Part shown: one piece after another, positions 1 to 19,819 of the stretch
How the letters are laid out: each line of letters begins with the position of its first letter
Position numbering within the stretch: the first letter of the stretch is position 1
Notes under the pieces: generated by a model
What the model saw: only the letters and a program-made list of their open reading frames with translations
The model's database searches: none
What the model was told of the DNA's origin: nothing
Program-made: the position numbers and the translations under genes
From: the human T2T-CHM13v2.0 reference genome, Homo sapiens
Strand: one strand, 5' to 3'
Assembly (NCBI RefSeq): GCF_009914755.1
Contig: NC_060928.1
Length of the DNA stretch: 64,000 nt

Positions 1-1
1 T

Positions 2-348
<347 letters not shown>

Positions 349-1334
349 TTATGTCCCTTCACCTTCATGAATTGTCTTGTGATGTCTGGGGTGCATTCAC
401 CCCCACTTTGGAAACTGCTGGCTTAAGCAATGATAGAAACATACTATGTCCCTGGGTATTCTGATTCTTGAGATGCTCTGTAAAGCTTGGAGGACTGTGG
501 GTGGGTGGATTCTTCCACGCTTGGATTATGCACACTCTCATTTCTACACAAACCTCCTGGCTTCTCTGCTTGTAAACAGTAATCAGGTCAGGCTGAATGT
601 GGGGCCGGTAGTCCCAAGCTCCTGGCCAGTCCTACTCAGTCATTCCTAAGGATGGAGGCTGCACGGGCTCTGCCTCTTACCTTGCACCTGCCACCCTGTG
701 CTTAAGCAACTCCCGCACAGCTTAACTCCTGGAGACAGTGGCCGGTGGGGACAGCTGCATGTCAGTCTGTGCTGTGAAACCAGTCATCCTTGTAACCAAA
801 TGTGAGAGCGGCAGATTAAAGCAGAATTACCTAAAGAGGTTTGTAGGACACACACTGACCGAGTCCCCTGCTGCCAGCAGCTGCTCTTCTTGACATGGGG
901 CCAACCCAGAAACTTTGCAGGATGCTCTCAGATGCTCCAGCAGCCAGAGAGGTGATGATGGCCCTGGAACTGCTGAGAGCAGCTGGTTTCATCAGGGCTG
1001 GCTGAATGTCTGGATCAACAGCGAAATCTCTGACTCTGTGCCAGGGAGTGGGCTCGTGGGCACTGCGTTGACAACTGTGACTAGTAAACCCAGCGGGAAC
1101 CAGGTCTAATTACAGTAGAGCTACAGAAATTGCCCCCACATTCCAGCTGTTTAAGTCAGATAATTTTAGGGTTGAGAAAGACCCTAGAGATCACCTAATG
1201 GATCCCAAACCTAGTTGCTTACAGCATCAATGAGAAGCCTTAAAATTTTTATAGTGAATTAGCTCAGTCATATAAAACAGTGGAGGGGCTGAGTCACCAC
1301 ATCATCCTGTGTTCCACTTAGCTTAAGAAATGGA

Positions 1335-1627
1335 GGCCAGGCGAGGTGGCTCCCACCTGTAATCCCAGCACTTTGGGAGGCTGAGACAGGCAGATCACTT
1401 GAGTTTGGGACCAGCGTGGCCAATATGGTGAGACCCCATCTCTACTAAAAATACAAAAATTAGCCAGGCGTCGTGGTGCGTGCCTGTAATCCCAGCTAGT
1501 CAGGAGACTGAGGCAGGAGAACCACTTGAACCTGGGAGGCGGAGGTTGCAGTCAGCCGAGATGGCACCACTGCACTCCAGCCTGGGTGACGAAGTGAGAC
1601 ACATCTCAAAAAAAAAAAAAAAAAAAA
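1335..1627 (+). mobile_element. Alu (AluS-like)
   Basis: GGCCAGGCG start, A-rich linker, poly(A) tail. Confidence 0.92.
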
Positions 1628-1719
1628 GTTCCCCAAGCATTCCCAGTGACCCAGTGATGAGCCAGGATTGGTGAATAACCGCTCTCACTGGGGCTTGCCT
1701 GAGTGGACTGAGCACCTGT

Positions 1720-1890
1720 GTTGAAGTTAAAAGACCTGAGGTCCCATCCTGGTGGTGCCACCTCCCTCCTGTGTGACACCTGGCAAGGGGCATATTCCCC
1801 AAAACCTCAATTTCTTCATCTGTAAAAAGGGGATAAGGACAATAAACTTCCTTTCGAGCTCATGCATGTATATGAAGCTCTAAAACACTA
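1720..1890 (+). mobile_element. MIR fragment
   Basis: MIR core CCTCAATTTCTTCATCTGTAAAAAGGGGATAA. Confidence 0.6.
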
Positions 1891-2434
1891 CACAGACATA
1901 GGACTTAAGGGCTCATGCAGCCTAGGGTTGGTCACCTCCAGTGACAGGAGGCTCATTACTTTCAGAGACAGCCTCCCCCCACCCTTTTTTCTGAAAGCTC
2001 TGATGGACAAAACGTCCTTCCTTATTCTGAGTAGAAATCTGTTCCCTGTCATTTTCTCCTATTGGATTTAATTCCACCCCTCAGGGAACCACAGAATAAA
2101 CTTAATCCTTAATTTGCAGACCAGTTTTTTGAATAATCGAAGACAATATAGCCCTTTGGCTTTCCTTCTTTACCTCAATTCTAGGCTTCTCCACACACTG
2201 TACTGAGAAAGTCCCTTTATGAATAAGCAATATTTCCAGAAATTACCATAGGCATGGCTACATTTCAGCAAACCGGAGAGGCTGTGTTCCTGGATTAGTG
2301 ATTCAGGAAAATCCATTTAGCCTCTAGTTAATTAAATCGCCCAGTCACATCAAGTCGTCTTGTTAAATTAATCACCTGTGCTATGGGATCTACTTATTAA
2401 AGTATTTGCTTAGTAAGTGTATAACATCTATGCA

Positions 2435-2632
2435 ACCCTTTTATGTGCCAGGCACTGCTCAGTGATTTGCATGTACTTAGTTCTCACGATAAACCCTGAA
2501 AGGTAACCACTGTTATTTCCATTTTACAAATGAGGAAACTGAGGCTCAGAGAGGTTAAGAAGGTGCCCAAGATGATGCAGCCAGTAAGTGACACAGTAGG
2601 GTTTGGACTCAGGTCTGGCTGACTCTAAAGCC
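2435..2632 (-). mobile_element. MIR SINE
   Basis: CCATTTTACAAATGAGGAAACTGAGGCTCAGAGAGGTTAAG is the reverse MIR core. Confidence 0.85.
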
Positions 2633-2638
2633 TGCGTG

Positions 2639-3065
<427 letters not shown>

Positions 3066-3198
3066 TTAAAGCCCATGTACTCAGGACTGTGGCAATAGCC
3101 TCCTGAGGTAGAAATTCTAAAACAAACGAACCTAGAATTTCAAAATACCCTCTTAACTGGAACTAAATCAAACTGCGATTTCATTCAAAATTATTTGA

Positions 3199-3547
<349 letters not shown>

Positions 3548-3549
3548 GT

Positions 3550-3960
3550 TTTTTTTTTTAATTTGAAGAAAAATGTACGTAACATGGAAATGCACAGATC
3601 TGAAATGTACAAATTTGGTGAGTTTTGGCAAACATATAAATCTGTGTGTCTTAAATTCCAATCAAGATAAAATAGTTTCATCACTACAGAAAGTTTTCTC
3701 ATGCCCCATCCAGCCAGTTCCCAGCCCCAGGGGTGACTGACCACTGTTCTGATTTCTGATACGAAGACTGATTTTTGCCTATCCTTGGCATGTCATGGGT
3801 GGACTCATGTAGTGCGTACTCTTTTGTGCCTGGCTTCTTTTGCTAAACATGTTTTGAGCCTCAGTCTCCTTGTGTGTGCATCAGCTGTTCCTTTTTCATG
3901 GCTGAGTACTACTCCATTATATGAACATACCGCATTTTCTACATTCCTCTTATAACAGGT
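3550..3960 (-). mobile_element. Old L1M 3' UTR fragment
   Basis: L1M-type motifs ACCACTGTTCTGATTTCT, TGTGCCTGGCTTCTTTTGCTAAACAT, GCTGAGTACTACTCCATT. Confidence 0.7.
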
Positions 3961-4254
3961 TTTAACACTTTGATACATCATATAGAGGTAATAATATGTA
4001 AATCACTCATTTATTCATTAGGCAAATTTGTCTTTCCAGAGCTTTCTCTATGCAAGGTACTATTGGAGGTGCTAGGAGACTTTGGTGAAAAAAACGAAGC
4101 CCCTGCTCTCACAGGGCTTTTCTTCTATAGTAGGAGAGAAAAACAATATAGAAAAAAATTAAAGGAATGATCAAGGCAGTAGTGGGAACTGCAATGAACA
4201 TAATAAATCTGAGTGAAGGTACCAGGGTGGCTTGTAAGGACGTTGGGTGTTCCA

Positions 4255-4440
4255 TTTTTTTTTTTTTTTTTGAGACAGGGTCTCATTGTCACCCAAGTTG
4301 GAGTGCAGTGTTGCCGTCTCAGCATTGCAGCATCAACCTCCTACCTCAGCCTCCTGAGTAACTGGGACTACAGGCACCACGCCCAGCTAATTGTTATTTT
4401 TGTAAAGACAGGGTCTCACTATGCTGCCTGGGGTGGTCTC
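4255..4440 (-). mobile_element. Partial AluJ
   Basis: Poly(T), GAGACAGGGTCTC, truncated. Confidence 0.8.
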
Positions 4441-4564
4441 AGGTCTTCTTTAGAAGTCACGCAGGCCCACGTGAGGGACCTGGAAGTGAACCGGGGTCGT
4501 GCAAACAGTGGTACTTGAACAGTTTCACAGCTGATGAAACTCCTTGGCATTGACTCATTCATCA

Positions 4565-4851
4565 TTACCCTCTCTTCATTTTTTAGATGAGAAAACTAAG
4601 GCATAGAAAGATTAGCAACTTGTCCCAGGACAAGTGTCAAGTCCAGGTCCTGAACCCAGGCAACATAGTGCTGTGGTTACCACACATGCTTTGGAATCAG
4701 ACAGAGCCAAGTTCGAAGTCCTCTTTCACCTGGATGTCCTTGGGCATGTCACACTCTGAGTCTCAGTTTTCTCATGCATCACATGAAGGGGATACCGTCT
4801 AACTCAAAGGGTTGTTAAAAGTGAAAGATAATCTTAGGTAAAGAATTTAGC
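4565..4851. mobile_element. Two MIR fragments (minus 4565-4680; plus 4680-4851, which hosts the retrocopy)
   Basis: TTAGATGAGAAAACTAAGGCATAGAAAG; CTCTGAGTCTCAGTTTTCTCAT...GTAAAGAATTTAGC. Confidence 0.65.
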
Positions 4852-7260
<2,409 letters not shown>

Positions 7261-7649
7261 TGGGAGAGGCTTCTTTGTAGTTGCTTTTGGGTGTGATTTT
7301 GGTTTTATAAATCAGATACACTTGCTTGAGAATTGGAAGGCACGTGCATGGTGCCATGAGTAGTATATCATTGCTGGTTTTTCTGGAACACGTTTCATTG
7401 TCTGGGCATCAGCTTCTTGGGAGTCGAGAGGCAGGGTGAGGCTCATCTATTTTTTGTTGGATTGGATCTCTCAGGTGTGGTGTGGCTCTAAATCTAATAC
7501 TCAGAGTTTTAGCAGCTGAAGAGGTGTGTTCCTGAAGCCAGCAGCTTCAGCAGTCCTGCCTTCCTAGTGGTGGCAGCGTCCCTGGTAGGCTGGTCCTGGG
7601 GCCTGGTCTAGAGTCCACTGCCCCAGCCCTTCCAGTGATATTTGTAAAT

Positions 7650-7945
7650 TCTTTTTTTTTTTTTGGAAACGGAGTCTCGCTCTGTTGCCCAGGCTGCAGT
7701 GCAGTGGTGCAATCTCAGCTCACTGCAATGTCTGCCTCCTCGGTTCAAGAGATTCTCCTGCCTCAGCCTCCTGAGTAGCTGGGACTACAGGTGCCTGCAC
7801 CATGCCCGGCTAATTTTTGTATTTTTAGTAGTGATGGGGTTTCACCATGTTGACTAGGGTAGTCTGGAACTCCTGGCCTCAAGTGATCTGCTGGCCTTGA
7901 CCTCCCAAAGTGCTGGGATTACAGGCATAAGCCACCATGCCCACC
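7650..7945 (-). mobile_element. Alu
   Basis: Reverse dimer; TSD TTTGTAAATTCTT on both sides. Confidence 0.92.
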
Positions 7946-8059
7946 TGTTTGTAAATTCTTAATTTCCTATTTGAAATCCCTTTCTGCTTAAAATAATTGG
8001 AGTGGTTTCGATTTCCTGCTACTGACCCTTCCTTATACTACTGAGGTACAAGTAGATTA

Positions 8060-8190
8060 ATTTATTTAGTTGTTATTTTCTGAGCACCTAGAATGTGCCA
8101 GGCACTAGTTTTTGGCTCTGAAAATATAACAATGAACAAGGCAAAGGTCTTGCACTTTTGTCTTATTATCACGGCTGTTATATTCTCTAT
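8060..8190 (-). mobile_element. L2 3' fragment, apparent host of the Charlie element
   Basis: TGAGCACCTAGAATGTGCCAGGCACT...ATGAACAAG. Confidence 0.65.
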
Positions 8191-8223
8191 CAGAGCTGTC
8201 CAATACAAGCATAATGTGAGTTA

Positions 8224-8598
<375 letters not shown>

Positions 8599-9269
8599 TT
8601 ATCATTTCAACATGTGCTTAATATAAATATTAATTAATATTTTATGTACTTTTTTCATGTTAAGTCTTGGAAATTTAGTGTTTAGTTTTTACTTACAGTA
8701 CATCTCGATTCAATGCAAAATTTTTATTGGAAATACTTCATCTGTATTACATTTCATTACATTTATAGTTGAAAAAGTAGACTCATCACTAAGAGGTTCC
8801 AGATATACTTAAATATTTTCCACTAACCAAAAAAATACCAAAAACAATTTTTCCTTAATATTTGCATTCATATTGACAAAACTTGTTCATCCTTTCTAGA
8901 AGGATTTGACTTTGGAGCAAAAGTATATCAGTTTCAAAACTATATCTGTTCAAGTTAAGTAAATTCACCAACTCGAGTCAAATCTGAAGCATACTACATA
9001 ATTGAAAAATAACTCAAAATTTATCAATGATAATCATGTCCTTCACATTTTTTTCTGTCTTTGCAGCTTAACTTACATAACATGTTTCAATTAAATGAAA
9101 ATAACTTGCCTATTAATTTCATTTAGAAAAAAGTATAAAATCATTGTATTGATTTGTATTTTAAGTTTCAGTTTCAACATTAATTAAATGTCTAGCTATG
9201 TAACAAATAAGCTTTTCCTTACCTTGGAGTTTCAAATTTAGCTCATCCATTCATCCATGTGCAGTGTAA

Positions 9270-9588
<319 letters not shown>

Positions 9589-10439
9589 AGATATGCAGTG
9601 TAATTTTGATGAGAGAACATAAATCATGCTGCCATTTTTTGTCTTTTATTATGGGATAATTTGCCAAGCTTCCCTTTGTTTAAAGAAAATCTTTAATTGG
9701 AGTTAAAAATACAGTAACCCTTTGTAAAGCTCTTCCGTGACTCAAAGAGCATTGACAAAGACCACAAGATCATTAAATCTGTCATCTCCTATTTGTTTCA
9801 ACTGTTTCTTAAGCTGAAGACGATTCATAGCATTTGAATGAATACAATGAACAATATTAATCTATGATGCTTTTCACAGAGTCGGCTGCAGAAAACTAAG
9901 CACAACTATTTTCAAAATGTATCACCTAATGGGCTAAGCAATAAGGAAAATATTAGTCTCTTATTTGAAAATTCTAATAAATCCAAATTTTTGATTCAGC
10001 ATAATGGAACTACCATTTGTGGTGAAAGAAACTAATTTTTTTCTTATCTGGCTGGAATTCTTCTTTGACAGTTATAAAAGATTTAAAAATATCCATGCCG
10101 CGTGTTAAGTTTCTTTTAGGCTATGAATTGACATTTCTTCATAAATTTGAAGTCCTTTGAGACAAAGTACCCAAAGTATTAATTGGGCAGTGTCTATTAT
10201 ATCAAATGACTCATCTAAAGCTAAAGTACTTGTGATTTTTCAAGATTATTGATTGGTCTTTGCTATTGTTAGAAAAGTCTTCATATTTTATGGACAATTA
10301 TTTGAGGGCTCAATTGAAGAGCTTTCTCTTTTTGTGAAGTATCTTTTAAAATCTTTTCCTCAGAATTTTCTAACAATATTTCCATTGTTAAAAAATAATT
10401 TATTTTACCATTTCTTCACCTAAAAGTGTTTTTCAACTG

Positions 10440-11000
10440 AGTACTGTGGCACGTGCCTGTCGTCCCAGCTACTTGAGAGACTGAGATGGGGAGGATCACT
10501 TGAGCCTGGAACTTCGAGTCCAGTCTGGGCAACATAGTGAGATCCTGTCTATAATAAGTAAATAAATATATTTTAAAGTGTTTTTCTTTTGTGTATAAAA
10601 AGAATTCCAGTCTTTTTATAGCTGGCTAAGTTTATAAGCACAGATCCTGTTTAGATTTGTTTAACAATTATTTTAAAATTAAACATTATTGATGACCTGG
10701 CGCAGTGGCTCACTCCTCTAATCCCAGCACTTTGGGAAGTTGAGGCGGGCAGATACCTTGACTCAGGAGTTTGAGACCAGCCTGGGCAACATGGCAAGAC
10801 TTCATGTCTAAAAAAAAAGAAAAGAAAGAAAAAAAATAGCTGGGTATGTTGGCACATGCCTTTAGTTCCAGCTATTATACTTGAGGCTGAAGTGGGAGGA
10901 TCACCTGAGCCCAGGTAGGAAGAGGCTGCTGTGAGCTGAGATTGTACCACTGCACTCCAGCCTGGGTGACAGAATGAGAACCTGTCTCAGATAAAATAAA
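10440..11000 (+). mobile_element. FLAM monomer (10440-10565) and AluJ (10694-11000)
   Basis: Monomer flanked by TAAAAGTGTTTTT-like TSD; dimer flanked by TAAACATTATTG. Confidence 0.85.
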
Positions 11001-11213
11001 CATTATTGCTTGATATCTTCTCACATAGGAGAAAAATTAAATACTCAACAAATTTTTGTCGAATGTTTAAAACACTCAACAAATTTTTGTTTAATGTTAA
11101 CTCTGTTTTTAGGTAACTAATTTTGTTGATTCTTTTTTTTTTTTACTATTGAGAGGAAACTTCTTATCAAATCCACTATGCATATGCTGAAAATGTCTCT
11201 TAATATTGTCCAC

Positions 11214-11528
<315 letters not shown>

Positions 11529-11864
11529 CTTTATTATTTTAAAAAGATTTTTTTCTCTCACAAAAAAAAAAAAACAACAACAAAAAAACACCAATTTGCT
11601 GCAGCAAATTGCAATTACCTTTCGTCATCTTTTTTTGGCTTTACTCTTCAGGTGCTAGTTTCTGCATCTCCACTCAATTCTGCATCAGTAGAATGCCTTT
11701 GCTTAAAACTTTTAAATTTGCCCATACTTTTTTTAAGCTAAACAAATTTAATTGCATTATAATTAAAATCAGTATTTCGATCTACCTCTTACTGTCTGCA
11801 GAAAATATTTGTTTTTTGTTTTGTTTTGTTTTGTTTCGCCCGGCCTGCAGAAAAGATTTGAATA

Positions 11865-12118
11865 GGCCGGGTGCGGTGGCTCATGCCTGTAGTCCTGGCA
11901 CTTTGGGAGGCTGAGGTGGGCAGATCACTTGTGGTCAGGAGTTCGAAACTAGCCTGGCCAACATGGTGAAACACCATTTGTACTAAAAATACAAAACAAT
12001 TAGCCGGGGATGGTGGCTTTAACCCAGGAGGCGGAGGTTGCAGTGAGGCGAGATTGTGCCACTGCACTCCGGCCTGGGTGATAGAGCAAGAACCTGTCTC
12101 AAAAAAAAAAAAAAAAAA
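11865..12118 (+). mobile_element. Chimeric Alu lacking ~50 nt at the start of the right arm
   Basis: TTAGCCGGGGATGGTGGC joins directly to TTTAACCCAGGAGG at ~12018. Confidence 0.88.
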
Positions 12119-12919
12119 TTTAGGATTTTACTCTGTAGTCTTTATTCCTTCAGGACTGGCTTCAAGAACTGAGTTCCTAGAGTCAGGATAACCATCGTGC
12201 TCATTCCCTCTCAGCTGAGTGCTTGAGGTTCACCACTCTGTACCCCACAAACCAACACAGGGCCAGCATGGAGCAGACATGAAAAACAAATATTGAGTTG
12301 AATAGCACCAAATGAAACTGAACTTCAAGCTGAAGGTCCAGGACCCTCGCTCTTCTCCAGTGACTCACACTGCAAAACTTTCTCTCTTTTCTTTTTGTCC
12401 TTTACCATCGAATCTCCCAAGACCTGATGATTCTTCCCTCTCTGGCCCTCTAAATGCATCTTCTCCTCTGTGCTCCCTGCATTTTTGTGTAACCCTTGTA
12501 AACCCAAGTCCAGATTTCTGCCCCTGTTCCTGACTGGTCTCTGGGCTCTCCCTGACCCTGTGGACAGCTAAGTTAATGCCATTCAAGCTTCCCAAACAGG
12601 AATTCCTTCTGGCACCCTCTGCCGACCTGCGTGACTGCCTCCTTTGCCAAAGATACAGGTCAAATTCTTTAGCCTGTCACGACTAGCCTGGCAACATGGC
12701 AAAACACCGTCTCTATAAAATAAAAATTAAAAAAAAAATTAAATTTCTTAGCCTGATGTTCAGAGCACTGCATAACCCAGATTTATAATCAGTCGGTAGA
12801 GGAACTAGAGGCACAGGTGGCTACTGAGCACTTGAAATGAGGCTAATGTGGACAGAGTGAAAGTCTGTCTCAAAAAAAAAAAAAAAAAGAAAAAGAGGCT
12901 AGTGAGACTGCAGAACTGA

Positions 12920-13195
<276 letters not shown>

Positions 13196-13344
13196 TGAAT
13201 TTTTAATTTTAATTTAAAAAATGAAGCATTTATAATATTTTTCTATGAACAGTTTACTGTTTTGCTAAACTACATTTCACATTAATCATTGCATTACATA
13301 AGATATCATTATTGTAGTTCACATGTAGGGCGAAAACATCACTT

Positions 13345-13660
13345 CTTTTTTTCCCTTTCTTTTTGTTTTTTTGGAGATGGAGTCTCACTCTGTGGCTCAG
13401 GCTGCAGAGCAGTATGCAGTGGCGTGATCTCTGCCCACTGCAGCCTCTGCCTCCCAGGTCAGGCGGTTCTGCTTTCTCAGCTGCCTGAGTAGCTGGGATT
13501 ACAGGCGCCTGCCACCACACCTGTCTAATTTTTGTATTTTTAGTAGAGAAGGGGTTTCACCAGTTGGCCAGGCTGGTCTTGAACTCCTGGCCTCAAATGA
13601 TCTGCCCGTCTCGGTCTCCCAGAGTGCTGGGATTACAGGCGTGAGCTACCATGCCCAGCT
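13345..13660 (-). mobile_element. Alu
   Basis: Reverse dimer; TSD-like GAAAACAT. Confidence 0.9.
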
Positions 13661-13770
13661 GAAAACATTATTCCTAATGTTACACATTAACACATCAATT
13701 AATTACTTCAGTTCAAAAAATTTTAAATATACTTATGTGACATTGTAACATACTTATTCAAATATTTTCT

Positions 13771-13944
13771 TTTTTCTTTTCTTTTCTTTTTTTTTTTTGA
13801 GACAGAGTTTTGCTCTGCCAACCAGGCTGGAGTGCAGTGGCGGGATCTTGGCTCACTGAAGCCTCCACCTCCCAGGTTCAAGTGATTCTCTTGCCTCAGC
13901 CTCTGGAGTAGCTGGGACTACAGGCGTGTGCCACCAAGCCCGGC
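13771..13944 (-). mobile_element. Alu right arm only
   Basis: Poly(T) plus right monomer, ending abruptly at AAGCCCGGC. Confidence 0.88.
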
Positions 13945-14436
13945 ACGAAAACCTTAATGAATCTGACCTCCTCTCTCTGTCTGTCTGTCTTGAGAAAGTA
14001 CTCATTGTTCTTGAAGTGCCCTTGAAACATATTTTCTTGCATGATTTGCTGCTAGCTGTATTTTTTAATGGCTTGAGTTTCTAGATCTGGCTGGATTGAA
14101 CATCTGCTACACACTCTTCTGCCCTTGAACCAAACAACTACTATGTATACATTTGGGAGAGAAGGCAATTTACAAAAAACAATGTTCAGTATAATCCCCT
14201 TTTTTGAAACAGCATAGAGAAAAAGAGTGGACAACTGTCGTCTTAAGGTGGCCATAAGAAACTACAGCCAAGAGACAGTGACCCTGGGTCATTGTCATTG
14301 CCATTCTGGTTACCTCATCGTTAACAGTTGTGATATCTGGATGGTGAAATGTGACTTTTGGTTTCTTCTTTTGACCTCTGAATAATCTAAAATATGTGCA
14401 TGTATTTTAGAAAAAGCAGAAGAAAAACAATGAAAG

Positions 14437-14742
14437 TTTTTTGTTTTTGTTTTTGTTTTCTGAGAATTTAGTCTTGCTTTGTCACCCAGGCTAGAGTGCA
14501 GTGGCGTGATCTCGGCTCACTGCAACCTCCGCCTCTGGGTTCAAGCAATTCTCCTGCCTCAACCTCTTGAGTAGTGGAGGTTATAGGCATGCACCACCAG
14601 GCCCGGCTAATTTTTGTATTTTTGGTGGAGATGGGGGTTTCATCATGTTGTCCAGGCTGGTCTCGAACTCCTGACCTCGTGATCCACCCACCTTGGCCTC
14701 CCAAAGTGCTGGAATTACAGACATGAGCCACCACCCCCAGCC
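14437..14742 (-). mobile_element. Alu
   Basis: Reverse dimer; TSD TGAAAGTTTTT. Confidence 0.92.
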
Positions 14743-15491
14743 TGAAAGTTTTTTAAACAACTTGAGAGGAGCCTCCCATGGTGTCTGGCCTCCCTCCAGT
14801 GATTCAAGTGATAGGCCCGTTGGTCAGGGAGATGTCTCCCAGGGTGTTTGGGAGGCTGGAAAAGAGGCCAAAGGCCCAGGAGGATAAGAGGGAGATGCAG
14901 GGGCTGAACGTTGTGGAGAGAGGCCTGGAGATAAAGAGGGGTTACTCGGGGCTGGGAGGAGAGCAGAGGGAAGCGGGGCAGGCACAGCGGCTGGGAGCCA
15001 GCCTGTGCCATCCTGAGCAGTTCAAACTTGGTGGGAGGAAGCAAAGGAGGCTTGAAGCAGGAGGCAATGTGGTTACATGCATTTTGCAGCAAGTCAGTGG
15101 CGGCAATGCAGTGGCTCCCCAAGACTGGGAGACTAGGTAGGAGGCTGCTGAACAAACCTGGAGAATGACAATGGGTGTCAGGCAGTGGGGAGTATCGGGA
15201 TTCTATGGACCTTTTAAGGTTGAATCAGCCACCGTGGACAACTGTGAGCTCCTCATGGGAAGGAAACGTGTCACATCAATCTTTGCATTCCCAAGATCCA
15301 GCACCATATCAAGGTTAGGGGTGGAGGTGGGAGGGTGGCTTCTGACTCCATGCTGCTGGGACTTGAAGGAGCCAGGCAGGCAGCTCCCCACTCCTCTCCC
15401 AACCCTGGCCACCCCTCCCCTTTGGCCATCATGGGTACATATTTTGAGGATCCACATTCTGGCTAAGGCCAGATGCTCTTTTCCCTTTTTA

Positions 15492-16950
<1,459 letters not shown>

Positions 16951-16962
16951 TTAAGCACTCAT

Positions 16963-17379
<417 letters not shown>

Positions 17380-18126
17380 TTAAGCGCTCATATCTGTTGG
17401 TTATATACCTAGGAGTGGAATTGCTAGCTCATAGAACAGGCATAGATTTAACTTTAGGAGACACTAGCAAATGGTTTTCAAAGGGCTTGGATCAATTTAC
17501 ACCCAACCAATAATATATGCGAGTTCCCATTGCTCTATGTCCTCAGGATAGAGGCTTTGAATCCTCTCATTTTTCCCATTTTGCAAATCAGGAAACTGAG
17601 GCTTCGGGATGCTAAATAATCCACTCTGGTTGACATAGCTAGTGAGGAGTGACTCTCCAGTGGAATCCAGATATTACTGCAAATTCAATGCTGCCTGTCA
17701 CACCACGTTTCATATGAGGATAGTAAGCAAATGGTATACATCATGTGTATCGATGGAATTCTGAGAAAGATGAGATCAATGTTAGGCTTTGTCGAAGAGT
17801 TGGAACTTGAACTTGGTTTTAAAGGCTGTGTAGAACACAGAGAAGGCTGAGAGCTCTCTGGGCAGAAGGGAAGACTTGGCTAACAGCAGGGATAGGAGAA
17901 GTCTATTGGGGTTGAGGGTGATGTGAGGTTGCCTCTCTCATTTGAGAACTGCTGATCTGGTTGGTATCTCTATCTCAATGTCATCCTTGGGTTCCTTGAC
18001 CAAAGGACCATAGTCGCTGCAGTAGTCCTAACCTCCTGAAGTCTCCATTCTTTGCTCACTTTCTCTTGTTGGAGAGAAAGTAGAAGCATAGTTTAGCCCA
18101 CATAATCTGACTTCCCTTTTTATTTT

Positions 18127-18302
18127 GAGCTATAGTTTGGGCTGCTGCAGCAAAAACACCATGGACTGGATGGTTTCAGCAACAGACATTTCCTCACAGT
18201 TCTGAAGACTGAAAAGTCCAAGATCAAGGTGCCAACTGATGGGGTTCCTGGAGAGGTTTCTCTTCTTAGTTTGTGGAAAGACACCTTGCTGTATCCTAAC
18301 AT

Positions 18303-18349
<47 letters not shown>

Positions 18350-18523
18350 CACTAGTCCCTTCGTCCCCTTACAAAGGCACTAATTCCATCATGAGGGCGC
18401 TAACCCTCTTCCCTCACCTGACATTAATTACCTCCCAAAGGCCTCAGCTCCAAATACGATCACAGTGGGGACTAGGGCTTTAACATACAAATTTGCAGGG
18501 GACACACACCTGCAGTCCATAGC
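18127..18523 (-). mobile_element. MaLR solo LTR (MLT1A-like) with (GA)n at 18306-18345
   Basis: CTCACAGTTCTG..AAGTCCAAGATCAAGGTGCCA, ACCTCCCAAAGGCC, ends CAGTCCATAGCA. Confidence 0.85.
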
Positions 18524-19476
18524 ACTCACTCTCTTCTATCTGTTGAGTGAAATACTATTTTATTCACCTTTATTCTCTGTATTTCAGGTGAGCAAGTCTA
18601 GTCTTTCCAATAAGACTATAATCCCCCTGAGGGCAGGGGCAGGATTGTGCCCCTTGTGTGTAACTGACAGTCCCTAGAGCTTTTCTGGGATATGTAGGGC
18701 ATAGAGACTCAATGTTCACTTGTGCTGCTTATGGATTGATGAAGTCACTCCTGCCTTTAGCTTACCCATAGGTCTGATTCCTTTCCTTACAAGTCTTCTG
18801 TTATTGCAAGCATGTGGCCTTTCAAGTCCCTGCAATGAAAAATTTGTCAGCTGTTTAGACTCCTGTGATGAATTAATCTAGGTATAATGAAATGTTCCTT
18901 TTCTTCATTATTATTTCTCACAGTTTGGTATAGCTGGGAAAACTCAGAAAACTAATTCTAATTAATTATAAGCTGGAAATCATGTCTGAGAGAAGGATAA
19001 AAATGGCATGTAATTTCCTCTCCACTCCTAATTCCTAAATTCTATGTGCATGATTACCATCGCCCTTGTTTCTAGCACAGAACTTCCCTTTAAAATTGAT
19101 CACAGCTTGACTTCTTTCTTTTCTCCTCCTTGTGTAGTTGTGGCTTCTATATTTTATCATTAAAGCTCTTTTCAAAACTGCTATGCGCTGCTTCTTTGAG
19201 CTCTTCTGCTCTCATTGTTCCGCAGCATCTCTTGGAATCAATTTCCTCTTGTTTCTTCCTAGTTGCACTATTTCACCTGACTCCTATTGGCACACGGATT
19301 CATTTCACCTGGCCAAAGTCAATTTCACTCATACACACACCCCTTTCAACTCTCTTCTTGCCAAATTTTCTGATTCCAAACCTACCGGTGGTGCCCTTTC
19401 TTTTCTCTGTGGCTTTTGTTTTTTTGTTTTTTTTTTTTTTTTTTTTTTTTGCATGGGCTCAGACTCTGGCATTAAA

Positions 19477-19790
19477 AAAGTTACTAGACTTTATTTATGT
19501 AGTACAGTATTAGATTTACAGAATAATTGAGCAGATAGTACAGAGTTCAACATGCCCTCCCCACCTCCCCTGCAGCTCCTAACCGTTTCTTCCATTATTA
19601 ACATCTTCCATTAATGTGGTACATTTGTTACACTTAATGAACCAATACTGATACATGAATAACTACAGCTCATAGTTTACACGAGGTTCACTCTTTATGT
19701 TGCATGGCTCTGTGGGTCTTGACAAATGCAATATGACATGTATCTGTCACTACTGTGTCATACAGAATGGTTTTACCTCCCTAAAAACCC
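19477..19790 (-). mobile_element. L1MC-type 3' end fragment
   Basis: TGTGGTACATTTGTTACA..ATGAACCAATACTGATACAT. Confidence 0.8.
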
Positions 19791-19819
19791 CTCAGACCAC
19801 AGCTCTTAAGAGGCTTTTT

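Noticed and set aside
9600-10430. Domesticated transposase gene (ZBED5/GTF2IRD2-like)
   Set aside because: No ORF of 60 aa or more in this interval; stops, frameshifts and a degenerate catalytic motif (TTNG).
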